Below are positions 9,939-19,481 of a stretch of DNA of 64,000 nt, in pieces. The stretch is from NCBI GenBank assembly GCA_002167285.1, contig NHDG01000060.1, positions 6,208 to 70,207 of the forward strand, in the 5' to 3' direction. Made by a program: the position numbers and the translations under genes. The DNA is from Planctomycetia bacterium TMED53 (GTDB lineage Bacteria > Planctomycetota > UBA8108 > UBA1146). How positions within the stretch are numbered: position 1 is the stretch's first letter; each line of letters opens with the position of its first letter. The notes beneath the pieces are model-generated. The model was not told the origin of the DNA and did no database searches. It saw only the letters and a program-made list of their open reading frames with translations.

Positions 9939-10553
9939 GTGGCTTCAGCACTTTTAGAAGGTTTGCCGCTGATCTGTGAAACTTCGCCAGATTGGGCTCC
10001 CTTGGCTAAATCAAACTTGGATGAAGTCCTCAAAGATCATGCATGGTGTGAATACAAGGCTGCTAGTGCAGGTCTCGGATTGATGGCTCGTTTTCCTGAG
10101 CATGAATTTCTACACAGGCCCATGGTTGCATTGGTTCAGGAAGAAATGCTTCACTTCCGGCAAGTGACCGATCTTCTCAAGAAACGAAATGTTCCCTTGG
10201 GGGCACCTCCTACAGATCCATACGTAAAAAAATTGCGTGGGCTTCTTTGTGCGCAGGGTTCCGGAATCGGGGGACTCGGAGACCATCTCATCGTCAATGC
10301 TTTCATCGAGGCTCGTTCATGTGAGCGGTTTCGCGTCTTGTCAGTAGCTTTGCAAGATGGCAACGACGAGGAACAGGAACTTTCAGGCTTTTACCAGCGG
10401 CTTGCGGATGCGGAAGGAAGGCACTGGGAATCTTTCCGTGACCTTGCAATGCAAGTTTGCGATTTCAAGGTGGTGCTCCGAAGGATCGAGGAAGCGGCAA
10501 AGATCGAGGCGGATCTGCTGCGATCGCTTCCGGTGGAAGCTCGGATGCACTAA
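9939..10553 (+). CDS. miaE: tRNA-(ms2io6A)-hydroxylase, short MiaE family (ferritin-like di-iron)
   Basis: 204 aa, GTG start. Motifs DHAWCEYKAAS, EEMLHFRQV, NAFIEARSCERF and FYQRLADAEGRHW match the short MiaE family as I remember it from Pseudomonas-type MiaE. Confidence 0.7.
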   Translation: MASALLEGLPLICETSPDWAPLAKSNLDEVLKDHAWCEYKAASAGLGLMARFPEHEFLHRPMVALVQEEMLHFRQVTDLLKKRNVPLGAPPTDPYVKKLRGLLCAQGSGIGGLGDHLIVNAFIEARSCERFRVLSVALQDGNDEEQELSGFYQRLADAEGRHWESFRDLAMQVCDFKVVLRRIEEAAKIEADLLRSLPVEARMH

Positions 10554-11227
10554 TGGCGAAGAAAGTTGTCGTCACCGGCTGCAGTCGAGGAATAGGGAAA
10601 GCTTTGGCGTTGGGATTCCTCGAAAGGGGGATTGAAGTCGCAGGGTGTTCTCGACAATTACCTGATATCCCAGAGTTTCAAAGCGAGCCATTTTTTCGAA
10701 GCCTGGATGTCAAAGATGATCATGGAATGAATTTGTGGGCCCAGCAGCTTTCGGATCAAGGTTTCACTCCTGATCTAGTTATCGCCAATGCCGGAATCCT
10801 GAATGTTCGAGCACCTCTGTGGGAGATTTCAGCGCAGGAGTTTGGCGAGGTGATCGATATCAACGTTAAAGGAGTACACCACACTTTTAGCGCATTCCTT
10901 CCTGCAATGCTTCAACGCAAAAGTGGTGTCTTAGTAGGATTATCATCGGGTTGGGGGAGGAGTACTTCTCCTGAGGTCGGGCCATACTGCGCTTCCAAGT
11001 TTGCGGTGGAAGGACTGGTTGGATCCCTCGCCCAAGAGCTCCCACACGGAATGGCCGCAGTGGCATTATCACCGGGAGTGGTTCACACAGAGATGCTTTG
11101 TCGAGCATTCGGCTCTTCAGAGGCTGCGCATGCAGTCGAACCAGAGGAATGGGCACGATCAGCAGTCGATTTTTTGTTGGAACTGGGAGCTTCAGACTCT
11201 GGAAGATCCTTGTCTTTCCAACGTTAG
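10553..11227 (+). CDS. Short-chain dehydrogenase/reductase (SDR)
   Basis: MAKKVVVTGCSRGIGKALA (TGxxxGIG) and YCASK (YxxxK). The ATG at 10553 overlaps the miaE TAA stop (TAATG). The track ORF start at 10457 would overlap miaE by 97 nt. Confidence 0.8.
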   Translation: MAKKVVVTGCSRGIGKALALGFLERGIEVAGCSRQLPDIPEFQSEPFFRSLDVKDDHGMNLWAQQLSDQGFTPDLVIANAGILNVRAPLWEISAQEFGEVIDINVKGVHHTFSAFLPAMLQRKSGVLVGLSSGWGRSTSPEVGPYCASKFAVEGLVGSLAQELPHGMAAVALSPGVVHTEMLCRAFGSSEAAHAVEPEEWARSAVDFLLELGASDSGRSLSFQR

Positions 11228-13107
11228 CGGTCTGCAGATTTCGAATTTTGCTGATCTTCGATCCATTGTTCCATTCTTGATCGCAAGATCTCTAATGGCA
11301 TCGAGCCTTCTGCGAGCATGTGGTCATGGAATCCACGAAGATCAAAATCTGCACCCAGTGTATCTTTTGCTTGCTGAAGGAGCGCTTTGATCTCCAGCTC
11401 ACCAATCTTGTAGGCGAGTGCTTGGCCAGGCCAGGCGATGTATCGATCCACTTCTGCTTCGATGTTCTTGCGAGTCAATGCCGAATTCTCAGACATCACT
11501 TGAATCGCCTGATCCCTGGTCCAACCCAATTGGTGAATCCCTGTATCGACCACTAATCTTAGAGCACGCCACATTTCGTAGGAGAGTTTACCGAAGCGGG
11601 AGTAAGGGTTTTGATAGAATCCCATCTGATCTCCCAAGGACTCAGCGTATAAGCCCCAGCCTTCGATATATGCTGTGAAGTGGGTAATTTTACGCCACTG
11701 GGGTAAGCCTTCCATCTCCCCTTGAAGGGCTAACTGATGGTGATGTCCAGGGACTGCCTCGTGAAGAGCAAGGGCTTCCATCTCATAAATGGGCCGACTC
11801 TTCAGGTCAAAAGTATTGGCGTAGAACCAACCGGGTTGTGAACCGTCTGCAGGTGGAGACATGTAATATGCCGTCGTCGATCGGGGCGCCTCATGAGCGG
11901 GAATTTCGCGAACTCCATAGGGAGCTCGGGGTAGGTTCCCAAATAAAGATGGCATCGCGGCATCCGCACGCTTGCAAATGTCTCTATATCCTGCAAGAAG
12001 GTCTTCAGCCGTTTTGTGATAAAAGCGAGAGTCCTCACGCAAAAAATTGACGAATGCGGCGAAATCACCATCAAAATTAACTTCGTCAATGATGCTCTGC
12101 ATTTCTTTTCTTATCCGCGCAACTTCACGGAGGCCGAGTTGATGAATTTCCATTGCGGATCGGTTCGTCGTCGTGTGTTTACGAATGCAGAAACTGTAAT
12201 ACTCATTTCCATTGGGAAATTGATATGCCCCTACCGTATCTCGAGACAAGGGTATGTAGGTTGTTTCCAGATATTGCGCGAGTTCTGCCAATGATTTTTG
12301 AACTGCTCCGCCGATGACTTTCTTTGCTCGCTCCTCCAGGGGCTTCCATTGACTCGCTGGGATTTCAGGAGGGGCCAGCCGGAATGGGTCGTAAAAGAGG
12401 GAGTCTTCCGGTTTTGGTGTTGTACAAGCCTTAAATTGATCCAAAACTCCAGAGAGAGTTACTTGCGGTGGGATAAATCCTTCGCTGACTGCTCTCTCGA
12501 GAACTTCCCTGATTCCAGCGAGATACTCTGGGACTTGTTCGAGCCTTGCTAGGTAGTCTTCGTAATCAGATTTCTGGTTGAACTGAAGTTGACTGGAAAG
12601 TCTTGGTAACCATACCTGAGGACCTCTGCGTTGATTGATAGGGGCAAGGTGTTCCCCTACGCGAATTCCATCGAGGCGATTTTCGATGATCGCAATAAGC
12701 ATTAAGGCTTGCTGCTTCTCTTGCTTGGTGACCAGAGAAAGATCCAGCGCATACATTTCATTGAAGAACTTGAAGTACTCTTGCAAGTCTCTGTCGATGG
12801 TCTTCAGTCCTGATTGGGGTAGCAATCGATTTGCTCCCTCGACCTCATGCTCGGCTGCAAGCATCGGTTGAATCGAGAGTTGGTAATCCCAAAAATCTTT
12901 GTAGATCCGGTTCAGGGACTGTCGTGTCTCTTCAGCTCCGTTGGCAGGTGGGGGCACATCCGTTTGAGCCAGTAAATCTTGAGAATAGTTCGTCAATCCG
13001 ATGAAGAAGGCGACCAAGAGACCGGCGATCGATATGAGGTTATTTTTTTGTGAGGAGCTCTGATACGAGCGTGGCTTTTGTTCCGTTATGAAATTCATCA
13101 AGCTCAT
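11224..13107 (-). CDS. DUF885 family (metallopeptidase-like) secreted protein
   Basis: 627 aa with an N-terminal hydrophobic anchor. The ALHEAVPGHHHQ motif and overall length are typical of DUF885. Confidence 0.65.
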   Translation of the reverse strand: MSLMNFITEQKPRSYQSSSQKNNLISIAGLLVAFFIGLTNYSQDLLAQTDVPPPANGAEETRQSLNRIYKDFWDYQLSIQPMLAAEHEVEGANRLLPQSGLKTIDRDLQEYFKFFNEMYALDLSLVTKQEKQQALMLIAIIENRLDGIRVGEHLAPINQRRGPQVWLPRLSSQLQFNQKSDYEDYLARLEQVPEYLAGIREVLERAVSEGFIPPQVTLSGVLDQFKACTTPKPEDSLFYDPFRLAPPEIPASQWKPLEERAKKVIGGAVQKSLAELAQYLETTYIPLSRDTVGAYQFPNGNEYYSFCIRKHTTTNRSAMEIHQLGLREVARIRKEMQSIIDEVNFDGDFAAFVNFLREDSRFYHKTAEDLLAGYRDICKRADAAMPSLFGNLPRAPYGVREIPAHEAPRSTTAYYMSPPADGSQPGWFYANTFDLKSRPIYEMEALALHEAVPGHHHQLALQGEMEGLPQWRKITHFTAYIEGWGLYAESLGDQMGFYQNPYSRFGKLSYEMWRALRLVVDTGIHQLGWTRDQAIQVMSENSALTRKNIEAEVDRYIAWPGQALAYKIGELEIKALLQQAKDTLGADFDLRGFHDHMLAEGSMPLEILRSRMEQWIEDQQNSKSADR

Positions 13108-13166
13108 TCCCTGGGCTGGAGTGAATCATCATTATAAGCCACGGTGACTGTCCGGGAATGCTCTGT

Positions 13167-13856
13167 TTAGTGTTCTTGGCCATTCGAGATCTTCGCACTC
13201 GCTGGTACGATTTGGACCTGGGCTTCGATGGATTCCGCAAGGGTGTTGTGGAATCGGTCTCGGAAATCGTCGGGGAAGAAACGATCAAGCTTTCCGGTAG
13301 CCTCTGCCAATGGAACCCCGATCACTGAAGCTCTGATCGGATCATGAATCTTGCCATCGGGCCATTGAAAGATCCCTAAGACCAACAGGCCAAAGACTAA
13401 GCCTGCCAGTGTTGCGCCCATCAATGCTCCAAGTACCCCATCACAGGTTTGCAGAGTCTTGTCGAAGAAGCTTCTGAAAAAGAAGGTGATCGTCATGGTG
13501 GAAAGGATACAAACCGTGAAAATCGCCAACCCGGCAATGATCTGCGCTCCCAGCGGTCCTACTTCTAAAACGATCGATTGAAAGGATGTCGTTCTGGAAA
13601 GTTCACCTGAAAACTGGAATGCCATGAATGCACCGGTGGTAGAGCCAAACAATAAAGCTGTGGAGCGATAGAACCCCAAGCCTGCTCCAGTAAACAGTCC
13701 CGCTAACATTCCAAGAAGGATGACGACGTCGATCCAGTTAGACTGATCCCAGAAGATCCTGAGGTTACTCAGTGCTCTGGCACCGTCCAACCACTCAGGT
13801 AGGATGGTCGTACCCGACATGACAGTAGTGATAATGTCAGGCACAATGGTGGTCAT
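13167..13856 (-). CDS. CvpA family membrane protein
   Basis: 229 aa with 4-5 TM helices. N-terminal NWIDVVILLGMLAGLFTGAGLGFYRS resembles the CvpA signature. Confidence 0.5.
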   Translation of the reverse strand: MTTIVPDIITTVMSGTTILPEWLDGARALSNLRIFWDQSNWIDVVILLGMLAGLFTGAGLGFYRSTALLFGSTTGAFMAFQFSGELSRTTSFQSIVLEVGPLGAQIIAGLAIFTVCILSTMTITFFFRSFFDKTLQTCDGVLGALMGATLAGLVFGLLVLGIFQWPDGKIHDPIRASVIGVPLAEATGKLDRFFPDDFRDRFHNTLAESIEAQVQIVPASAKISNGQEH

Positions 13857-14024
13857 GACTGGTCGACTCCTTCATGGCGGCTTCCTAATTTCCACAATTT
13901 GAGCCAGTTTTGTCAATAGAGTCTGCAGATGTGTTGGTTTAAGGCCAATATGGAGGGGATCCTTGAGGACTAGAGCACGAAGTTGCGATCTTTATGGCTA
14001 CAGTTTTCAGGATCATAGAGGAGT

Positions 14025-14837
14025 GTGATGTCTCTTTCGTCGAGTTTCCTCAGTGGTATGAACGTGGTCGTCACAGGCGCAAGTGATGGGATTGGCGCAG
14101 CCATTGCCGTCGAATTAGCTCGATCTGGTGTCGAATCTTTGATTCTTGTTGGTCGAGATGCCGATCGACTCAAAGCAGTGGCCGCTGCATGTGCTGTTCA
14201 ATGTCGTTGTGTCACTGCAGATTTGGCGACACAGGCGGGAGTCGATCACCTAATACATGAGCTCGATGGCGAAGTGGTGGATGGCCTCGTTAACAATGCA
14301 GGTGTCGGTTTGGGAGGACTTTTTGAGGAACTCCCCATAGCGACTCAGGATCGAATGATCTATCTCAATATTCAGGCCCTAACCCAGTTGAGTCATGCGG
14401 CTCTTGAACCCATGCTCCGGAGGAATAGGGGTTTTATTCTTTTTGTTGGTTCGATGATTGGTTTTGTTGGCGGGCCGGGGATGTCGGTCTACAGCGGTAC
14501 TAAGGGGTTTGTAAATCGCTTCGCAGAGAGCTTGAGATGGGAAATTTCAGGTTCGAAAGTGAGAGTCGTTTTACTGGCGCCTGGAGTGACGAGTACCTCC
14601 TTCTTTAAATCAGCAGGAATCGCTGAAACTAATATTCGTGCCGGCCAGATGACCGCTGAGGAGGTTTCTAAAGCCGCTATTCAGGGGCTTCTCGCCAATC
14701 GACCAACGATCATCCCTGGACTCAGAAATAAAATCTTGCTGTTCGGAATGCGCTGGGCTCCGCGTTGGGTGGTCGGTTGGGTTTCGAGAAGGATATTTGC
14801 CGGTATCGCAAGCCGCTCTTCCAATTCTTCTAATTAG
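14025..14837 (+). CDS. SDR family oxidoreductase
   Basis: VVVTGASDGIGAAIA (TGxxxGIG), NNAG and YSGTK motifs. Confidence 0.8.
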   Translation: MMSLSSSFLSGMNVVVTGASDGIGAAIAVELARSGVESLILVGRDADRLKAVAAACAVQCRCVTADLATQAGVDHLIHELDGEVVDGLVNNAGVGLGGLFEELPIATQDRMIYLNIQALTQLSHAALEPMLRRNRGFILFVGSMIGFVGGPGMSVYSGTKGFVNRFAESLRWEISGSKVRVVLLAPGVTSTSFFKSAGIAETNIRAGQMTAEEVSKAAIQGLLANRPTIIPGLRNKILLFGMRWAPRWVVGWVSRRIFAGIASRSSNSSN

Positions 14838-14940
14838 AAGATGGCGTCAGCCTAAATCCCTTGTTTATCGCAGAGGCACTACTTTGGTCGGATTGCAGGG
14901 GAGCAGCGATTCTTTAGCTCTTCTGATATCCGCCGCACAT

Positions 14941-15339
14941 TTAATTACGGGTCGTCGGTAATCCCCGCGAATCCCAGCCAGGGAAGGTCACATTTCCGAG
15001 CACGTCTGTTTCACCAACGAATCCACCGCGCATGTCGTGTAGATTGCTGAAACCTTTTTCGGAAAGGAGATCTGCGGCCTTTTGAGAGCGACCACCCTTT
15101 TGACAGCCGAGGATAATCTTAGTGTCCGGCTCAAATTCCTTTTCGACACAGTCAACGAACTCAGGGTTCATCCTCAGTCCTACTCCACCGTCACCTCGGA
15201 TCATCAGTGGAATATTCGTGGACTCGGGGATGTGGCCTTCGACAAACTCTTCAGGCATCCGGACATCAAGGTATTTAAAACCTTGATCAGACTGAAGTAA
15301 GTCGTGTGCCTTGTCAGGATCGATTCGCTTAATGACCAT
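14941..15339 (-). CDS. Rhodanese-like sulfurtransferase domain protein
   Basis: 132 aa with active-site loop CQKGGRS and single-domain rhodanese size. A good RBS (GGGGGAGAA) precedes the ATG. Confidence 0.75.
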   Translation of the reverse strand: MVIKRIDPDKAHDLLQSDQGFKYLDVRMPEEFVEGHIPESTNIPLMIRGDGGVGLRMNPEFVDCVEKEFEPDTKIILGCQKGGRSQKAADLLSEKGFSNLHDMRGGFVGETDVLGNVTFPGWDSRGLPTTRN

Positions 15340-15407
15340 GATTCTCCCCCAATCAACTTCAAACGCTGATAATCCGCAGTGGTCAGAGCGCTTATGCAGG
15401 GCAGTTA

Positions 15408-15437
15408 GGATTGCCCTGATTTACCCTGGATTGCCCT
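15408..15437. repeat. 3 x 10-bp tandem repeat (GGATTGCCCT / GATTTACCCT / GGATTGCCCT) in the non-coding leader upstream of the rhodanese gene
   Basis: Read directly from the sequence, 70-100 bp upstream of the ATG at 15339. Confidence 0.6.
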
Positions 15438-15702
15438 CGTGTAAAGAACACTTACGCACTGACCACAATGGACCGACCGCCAATGGGCCGACCACAACGG
15501 AATGGACTGATGTGGACAACGCTTTCGCAACCCCGCTGGGAGACAGGTTCTCTTCCGCGGCTCCCAACCCAGTCATCATCTGTTGAAATTAGGGGGGTGT
15601 CAACCAACCGGAATCCTAGTTATTTTGCCGAATATCGGCGATTTGAGACGAATTTGGGAATTAATCGATTCCATGTTGGAAGGGGGCTACTGGCGTTGAG
15701 TT

Positions 15703-16284
15703 TCAGCAGTGGAGTGATGAGGGATCGACGTTGACTCGACTTCGGGTAAGGATCCAAAGGCTCGTCAAGTTGATGGCAAAGTGGGCAGCTATACACCCGG
15801 ACAATCCGAAGAGGGGGTGTTCTGCCAAATAGCCGAGGAATAAGCCACCGAGGAATGCCAGGAAGATCCAGATTCTTAACCCCTTTTGACCGGTCCAATG
15901 GGCAAGCCCAAAAATTGCGCTGGTGATCCAAAGTCCGAGAAAAGGCTGAAGTAAAGCTCGAAACAGGAGTTCTTCAGAGATCGATGAGATGAGCGCCACA
16001 AAGAAGATTTCTTTGATGGTCCAGCCCTCAAATTGGATAGCCAAAAAGTGACTCAGTCTTTGCAAAGAAGAACTGATCATCTTGAGAAAAAGTTGAACTG
16101 CTTGAACCAAAATGCCAGCAACAGTTCCCAGCGCCATCGATTTAATGAGTCCGGAAAATGAGGTCACCACAAAAAATTCAACTCCCTCAATCCACCAGAG
16201 CAAGGAGACAGCGATGAGTGCCATGGCACCATGTGTGGCCATCGTGCCATTAAAGAGCTCGCTCGGAGAGGTGAGGGATCTCAA
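15703..16284 (-). CDS. CPBP (CAAX) family intramembrane metalloprotease
   Basis: Polytopic membrane protein with EELLFRALLQP (EExxxR) and FGLAHW (FxxxH) motifs. Confidence 0.75.
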   Translation of the reverse strand: MRSLTSPSELFNGTMATHGAMALIAVSLLWWIEGVEFFVVTSFSGLIKSMALGTVAGILVQAVQLFLKMISSSLQRLSHFLAIQFEGWTIKEIFFVALISSISEELLFRALLQPFLGLWITSAIFGLAHWTGQKGLRIWIFLAFLGGLFLGYLAEHPLFGLSGCIAAHFAINLTSLWILTRSRVNVDPSSLHC

Positions 16285-17243
16285 GAGTCTTTCCCCTGAC
16301 TTTCCCTGATCAGTGCCCGCGCGTTTCTTTGAAGTCCAGAGAAGCCTGTGCGAGTGACGGGGGTACCTGCGAAATATCTTAGGTAATCAACTTCAGAGAA
16401 TTCTAGGATCTCCTCGGCAGACTGAGGAATCGGTCGAGGGGTTAAATCGTCGTGAATTTTTGGATGGATGCGAGCAGGGCGGGTATTCCACGGGCAAACC
16501 TCTTGGCAGATGTCACAACCGAAGAGCCAGCCGTGTAACTCAGATTCTGCGGGCAAGTCTCCCTTGTGCTCGATAGTCCAATAGGAAATACATTTTCGAG
16601 CATCGACCGTTCGCGGTTTGACGATGGCATTCGTCGGACAGGCGTCGAGACAGCGGGTACAGCTTCCACAATGATCGAGGGTCGCCGGCGTTGCTTCCAA
16701 AACCCTATCTGTGACGATTCCCCCGAGAAAGAACCAGCTGCCCATCTCTCGATTGATCAACAGGCCATTCTTTCCGATCCAGCCAAGTCCGGATGCTTCT
16801 CCCCAATCGCGCTCTAGGATTGGTGAAGCATCGACACAATACCAAGTTTTCCAACGTCCCGATTGGGAGATGTGATCACAGAGAGCTTTCAGCATGGGGA
16901 CCATGACCTTGTGATAATCTCTTCCCCTGGCATACCTGGCGATCTTTGGCGCTGACGGCGGTGCCTCGATTTCGTCCTGGTATTGCAGGGACAACATGAC
17001 GACGCTCTTGGCACCTTCCAATGAATGGGTGGGGTCGAGGCGTCTCTCTGTATTTTTCTCCAGCCAGCTCATGCCGGCGTGCATGCCTGCTTGAATCCAA
17101 TCGCGGAATCGCTCCGCATGGGGTGATATGCCGGCACGAGCGATTCCCAGCGCTGAAAAACCCAGTTTGAGGGCCTCTCGGCGAAGTTCCTCAAGCTCTG
17201 AATTTTCCCCGCTTTCGGGTATGGGTATCATGGGATTCTCCAT
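16281..17243 (-). CDS. queG: tRNA epoxyqueuosine(34) reductase
   Basis: CGSCTRCLDACPTNAI and GCDICQEVCPWN ferredoxin motifs, plus CISYWTIEHKG. Length 320 aa. 4-nt overlap with the downstream CPBP gene. Confidence 0.85.
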   Translation of the reverse strand: MENPMIPIPESGENSELEELRREALKLGFSALGIARAGISPHAERFRDWIQAGMHAGMSWLEKNTERRLDPTHSLEGAKSVVMLSLQYQDEIEAPPSAPKIARYARGRDYHKVMVPMLKALCDHISQSGRWKTWYCVDASPILERDWGEASGLGWIGKNGLLINREMGSWFFLGGIVTDRVLEATPATLDHCGSCTRCLDACPTNAIVKPRTVDARKCISYWTIEHKGDLPAESELHGWLFGCDICQEVCPWNTRPARIHPKIHDDLTPRPIPQSAEEILEFSEVDYLRYFAGTPVTRTGFSGLQRNARALIRESQGKDS

Positions 17244-17249
17244 GGAGGG

Positions 17250-18215
17250 ATGTTAACCCAGATCGGAACCAATTGGAGAAGGGGGCAGCGCAATTTGACG
17301 AATCTTCCAAAGACTGATTCGAGTGAATCTCCTCGCCCCAATCCTATTACCACCGTCCTCCGATTGATGAGGGTTCAGCATTGGGCCAAGAATCTGTTTG
17401 TTCTCCTGCCACTTCCGTTTGCCCTGTCGATGGACCAAGTTCCCGATCTCCTGGTGCTGTCTCTAGGGTTGTTTGGGTTCTCCCTGCTGAGCTCAGCGGT
17501 CTACGTGTTCAATGACATTCATGACCGGACCCGGGACCAGAGCCACCCGATCAAGCGACTGCGACCTCTCGCCGCAGGCCTCGTCGATATCAGGGGGGCC
17601 TGGTTGGTGGCAGGTGGGAGCTTGATTCTAGGGTTGGGGATTTTGGGATTCTTGCCGGGAGCTGGGGTGGGAGGCCCGAAACCTTGGATCCTCGCTCTTC
17701 TATATCTTGCCGGAAACGGTGTTTACACACTGTTCGCCAGATCTGTCGCGTGGCTAGATGTGGTATTCCTGAGTGGTTTTTTTGTGCTCAGGTTGATCCT
17801 TGGATGTTCTCTCGTATTACTTCCGTTGAATGGCGGCCTTTTGGCGACAGGATTCTCTCTAGCCTTTGCCCTCGCATTGGGGAAGAGATTTTCAGAGCTG
17901 AGTTCAGGGGTCCCCAGTCATTATCGATCTAGCCTACTTCAGTACCAGGAAGATCATTTGCGCCGAGCGATGGGGATCTCTGTCGTTTTCTGCTGGATCG
18001 GCTATCTGTGGTCTTGTTATTCGATGCCTTTGTTCGTTCCTGAGAAATGGTGGTGGAGTGGGATTCCGGCGGGCGTGGGTCTCTATTTGCTCTTGGACGA
18101 GGTCCTGGTGAGAAAAAGCGGCAGGGAGCCGGTCGAGATCTTAAATGGGGCAAGGTGGTCAAGATATGTAATATCCATATGGGCCATTCTGGTGTTCCTC
18201 AGCACTCGTTACTGA
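17250..18215 (+). CDS. UbiA-family prenyl-phosphate phosphoribosyltransferase (decaprenyl-phosphate PRPP transferase-like)
   Basis: LRLMRVQHWAKNLFVLLPL and YVFNDIHDRTRDQSHPIKRLRPLAAG motifs, ~8 TM helices. The start is uncertain because the ATG at 17250 lies only 6 bp from the divergent queG ATG. Confidence 0.65.
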   Translation: MLTQIGTNWRRGQRNLTNLPKTDSSESPRPNPITTVLRLMRVQHWAKNLFVLLPLPFALSMDQVPDLLVLSLGLFGFSLLSSAVYVFNDIHDRTRDQSHPIKRLRPLAAGLVDIRGAWLVAGGSLILGLGILGFLPGAGVGGPKPWILALLYLAGNGVYTLFARSVAWLDVVFLSGFFVLRLILGCSLVLLPLNGGLLATGFSLAFALALGKRFSELSSGVPSHYRSSLLQYQEDHLRRAMGISVVFCWIGYLWSCYSMPLFVPEKWWWSGIPAGVGLYLLLDEVLVRKSGREPVEILNGARWSRYVISIWAILVFLSTRY

Positions 18216-18415
18216 GGGTGGCTAAAAAGGTCGCCATCTTGGCCGTATTTAGTGATTTTCGGACTTTAATGTCAAGTATCCAACATCGCGTGAAATGAGC
18301 TATAGGTGGCTTGAAGAGGGGAGGGCGGGTGTTATTCTTAACGCATGAGGTCTAAATATTTCCTCATTGGTATTTTATTTAAATGTTGCTCTGATTAATT
18401 ATTTGAGGTGACTGA

Positions 18416-19378
18416 ATGTTTACGACACCGTTCGAAGGAGCCTCCGGCTCAAGCAATGGTCCAATTCTTGTCGTCGGTTGGCCCGGTCTTGGGGGAGTCG
18501 CATCTTCTTGCGTCAGAAATTTGTCTGGAAGTCTCCATTCAGATAGTGTGTCTGCCCTCAATCCTGATCCTCACTTTATGGTTGATGATATTCAGGTTAA
18601 GAATGGTTTATGCTTTCCAGGTAGCCTACCAAAGCTGGTCTTCCAAAAAGTCGTCACCAAGTCGAGCAATGAACTCATCCTTTTTATTCCTGAAGCTCAA
18701 TCGCTCGATAATCCTTTAGCCCTCGCCAGGTCTGTGATCCGTTCGGCGGTCTCTAATTTTGGAGTCGAGACTGTGATTACTTTTGCAGCGATTTCGAGCC
18801 TTCTGCAGCCTGAAGATGATCCGACTGTCTGGTTCGGAAGTACCGACTACCACTTGGGAGAATCGTTGGCCAAAGCAGGAATCCCTCCGCTCAAAGAGGA
18901 GAGGATCTGTGGCTTGAATGGCCTGACACTGCTGGCTGCAGCAGAAATGGGATTAAGGGGGACCTGCCTCGTTTCTGAGATTCCCGTATGGGGACTACAC
19001 TCCCCTAACCCCAAGGCCACCAAGGCTCTCCTGAAATCATTTTGTTCCCTGCTGTCGATTCGAATGAATTTCGACCATCTCGACGGCCAAATTTCTGCCC
19101 TCGAAGACAATATGATTTCATTGCGTGACTCCTTCAATAACTACGGTGAGGAGTCTTGGCTCGCACCTGAAAATACGACGGAGTCCTATTTGGATGAGAA
19201 TGAAGCTGATGACGGAGTAAAAGCCGGCTCAAAAGAGTTGGAAGACATCGAAATTTTCTTTACTCGGGCTAGGTTTGATCGCTCCCAAACTCCACTTCTT
19301 AAAGCGGAACTGGATCGACTAGGATTGTTTAAGAAGTATGAAGATCGTTTTCTTGATTTGTTTAGGGATATGAGCTGA
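18416..19378 (+). CDS. PAC2 (proteasome assembly chaperone 2-like) family protein
   Basis: PILVVGWPGLGGVASS near the N-terminus and ICGLNGLTLLAAAEMGLRGTCLVSEIP in the middle resemble the PAC2 family pattern. RBS GAGGTG lies upstream. Confidence 0.5.
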   Translation: MFTTPFEGASGSSNGPILVVGWPGLGGVASSCVRNLSGSLHSDSVSALNPDPHFMVDDIQVKNGLCFPGSLPKLVFQKVVTKSSNELILFIPEAQSLDNPLALARSVIRSAVSNFGVETVITFAAISSLLQPEDDPTVWFGSTDYHLGESLAKAGIPPLKEERICGLNGLTLLAAAEMGLRGTCLVSEIPVWGLHSPNPKATKALLKSFCSLLSIRMNFDHLDGQISALEDNMISLRDSFNNYGEESWLAPENTTESYLDENEADDGVKAGSKELEDIEIFFTRARFDRSQTPLLKAELDRLGLFKKYEDRFLDLFRDMS

Positions 19379-19396
19379 TCTTTGATTCCCAATAAA

Positions 19397-19442
19397 ATAG
19401 AAGCCCCACCAGGTACTTTCCTGGTGGGGCTTCTATTTTTTT
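19397..19442. terminator. Bidirectional Rho-independent terminator between convergent genes
   Basis: A perfect 16-bp stem (ATAGAAGCCCCACCAG / CTGGTGGGGCTTCTAT) with an 8-nt loop is followed by T6 and preceded by an A-rich run (AATAAAAT). Confidence 0.85.
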
Positions 19443-19481
19443 AGGACTGATCCTATCTCCACACCCAGTTAGAACTCGCTT

